This document shows, piece by piece, positions 63,501-64,000 of a stretch of DNA of 64,000 nucleotides. The stretch comes from an uncultured Nitrospirota bacterium (GTDB lineage: Bacteria > Nitrospirota > Nitrospiria > Nitrospirales > UBA8639), in the NCBI GenBank assembly GCA_942491685.1, contig CALOBY010000004.1, positions 425,965 to 489,964 on the forward strand, given 5' to 3'. The position numbers and the translations under genes were made by a program. Below the pieces are notes generated by a model, which was not told the DNA's origin, did not search any database, and saw only the letters and a list, made by a program, of their open reading frames with translations. How positions within the stretch are numbered: the first letter of the stretch is position 1; every line of letters starts with the position of its first letter.

Positions 63501-64000
63501 TTAAGGGACAAATACACTTGTGCTTCCAGAAACCACCTTTCCTCCAGACACTGAACTGGTCACATGCGCCACCGATTTGGTGCCATCATTGAGTTTAATT
63601 TGCGGAGCTTTGAGCTTTAGAGTTCCTGCCCCTTCTGCGGCGACATCTTTTCCTCCTTTAAAGGAAAGGTCCTTTCCACTTTCTAACTCAAAGTCATCTC
63701 CTGCGGTAATCACCAAATCTTGGGCGGATGTAATGGTGAGGTCTTTAGCAGTATTGATTGTCAGAGTTGGAGCCTGAATGGTGGTCGAATTTGCAGAAAC
63801 TTGGACAACGGATCTGAGGAGATTTACCTGGGACTGTAGAATCTGAACCTGTTTTTTGAGGGGCATGACTTGTTTGTTCTGGGCTTGTAGGGCACCGACC
63901 TGTTGTTTTAATGATGAAATTTGTTGGTAAAGGTATTCTGGGGTAATTTGCAATTTCTGGACGTTGCTCGGTGGTTGTTGCATTGGCGGTTTTTGTGGCT
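63501..64000 (-). CDS. Coiled-coil plus gp5/gpV-like beta-helix spike protein (5' end probably outside window)
   Basis: The frame stays open to the window edge (..PQKPP-MQQPP). Heptad coiled coil, ~8-residue repeats (TINTAKDL/TITSAQDL/VITAGDDF/ELESGKDL/SFKGGKDV), then IKLNDG..VAHV...SGS..VF. Confidence 0.75.
   Translation of the reverse strand, partial: PQKPPMQQPPSNVQKLQITPEYLYQQISSLKQQVGALQAQNKQVMPLKKQVQILQSQVNLLRSVVQVSANSTTIQAPTLTINTAKDLTITSAQDLVITAGDDFELESGKDLSFKGGKDVAAEGAGTLKLKAPQIKLNDGTKSVAHVTSSVSGGKVVSGSTSVFVP

Noticed and set aside
56331-64000. Canonical T6SS or eCIS/tailocin locus
   Set aside because: No sheath, Hcp/tube, baseplate, TssJLM, ClpV or clear PAAR gene is recognisable in the window, and the VgrG has a signal peptide. 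Such genes could still lie beyond 64000.

Overview
This is a 64-kb bacterial chromosomal window. Gene content and order point to a Nitrospirales (Nitrospira-like) nitrite oxidiser, which is an inference. Layout: (1) 1-15.8 kb, a hopanoid/isoprenoid cluster (3' end of shc, hpnG, mlaEFDC-like transporter, POTRA-less Omp85-type barrel, TPR protein, hpnN, a clear hpnP C-2 methylase, dxs, ispG, tRNA-Cys, hpnH). (2) 16.1-27.6 kb, a respiratory supercluster with two CydA-like 'bd-like' subunits, a PRC-barrel-Rieske fusion, cytochrome b, five c-type cytochromes and an EbdC/NxrC-like heme b protein. (3) 27.7-51 kb, mixed housekeeping genes (ubiA, tRNA-Thr, bactofilin, folK, panC, lemA-TPM-TPM, glycerate kinase, hybrid kinase, family-5 UDG, transaldolase, pgl, NfeD-SPFH, DsrE-TusA-redoxin, formiminotransferase, and a BacNav-family channel with a TLEDWTD filter). 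(4) 51-64 kb, an accessory region. It holds a minimal-passenger autotransporter divergent from a Sel1/C14-caspase lipoprotein, a sigma54-preceded microprotein cassette, and the most unusual feature of the window: a co-oriented minus-strand array. The array contains a VgrG with a Sec-type signal peptide and no beta-helical needle, a separate gp5-like beta-helix/apex protein cut by the window edge, and four tandem secreted proteins. Those four share one ~100-aa N-terminal domain ending in G[ST][YF]SGI[RQ]xRG, followed by four unrelated C-terminal cargoes. No sheath, tube or baseplate genes are visible in the window. All calls come from reading sequence motifs; no database searches were run.
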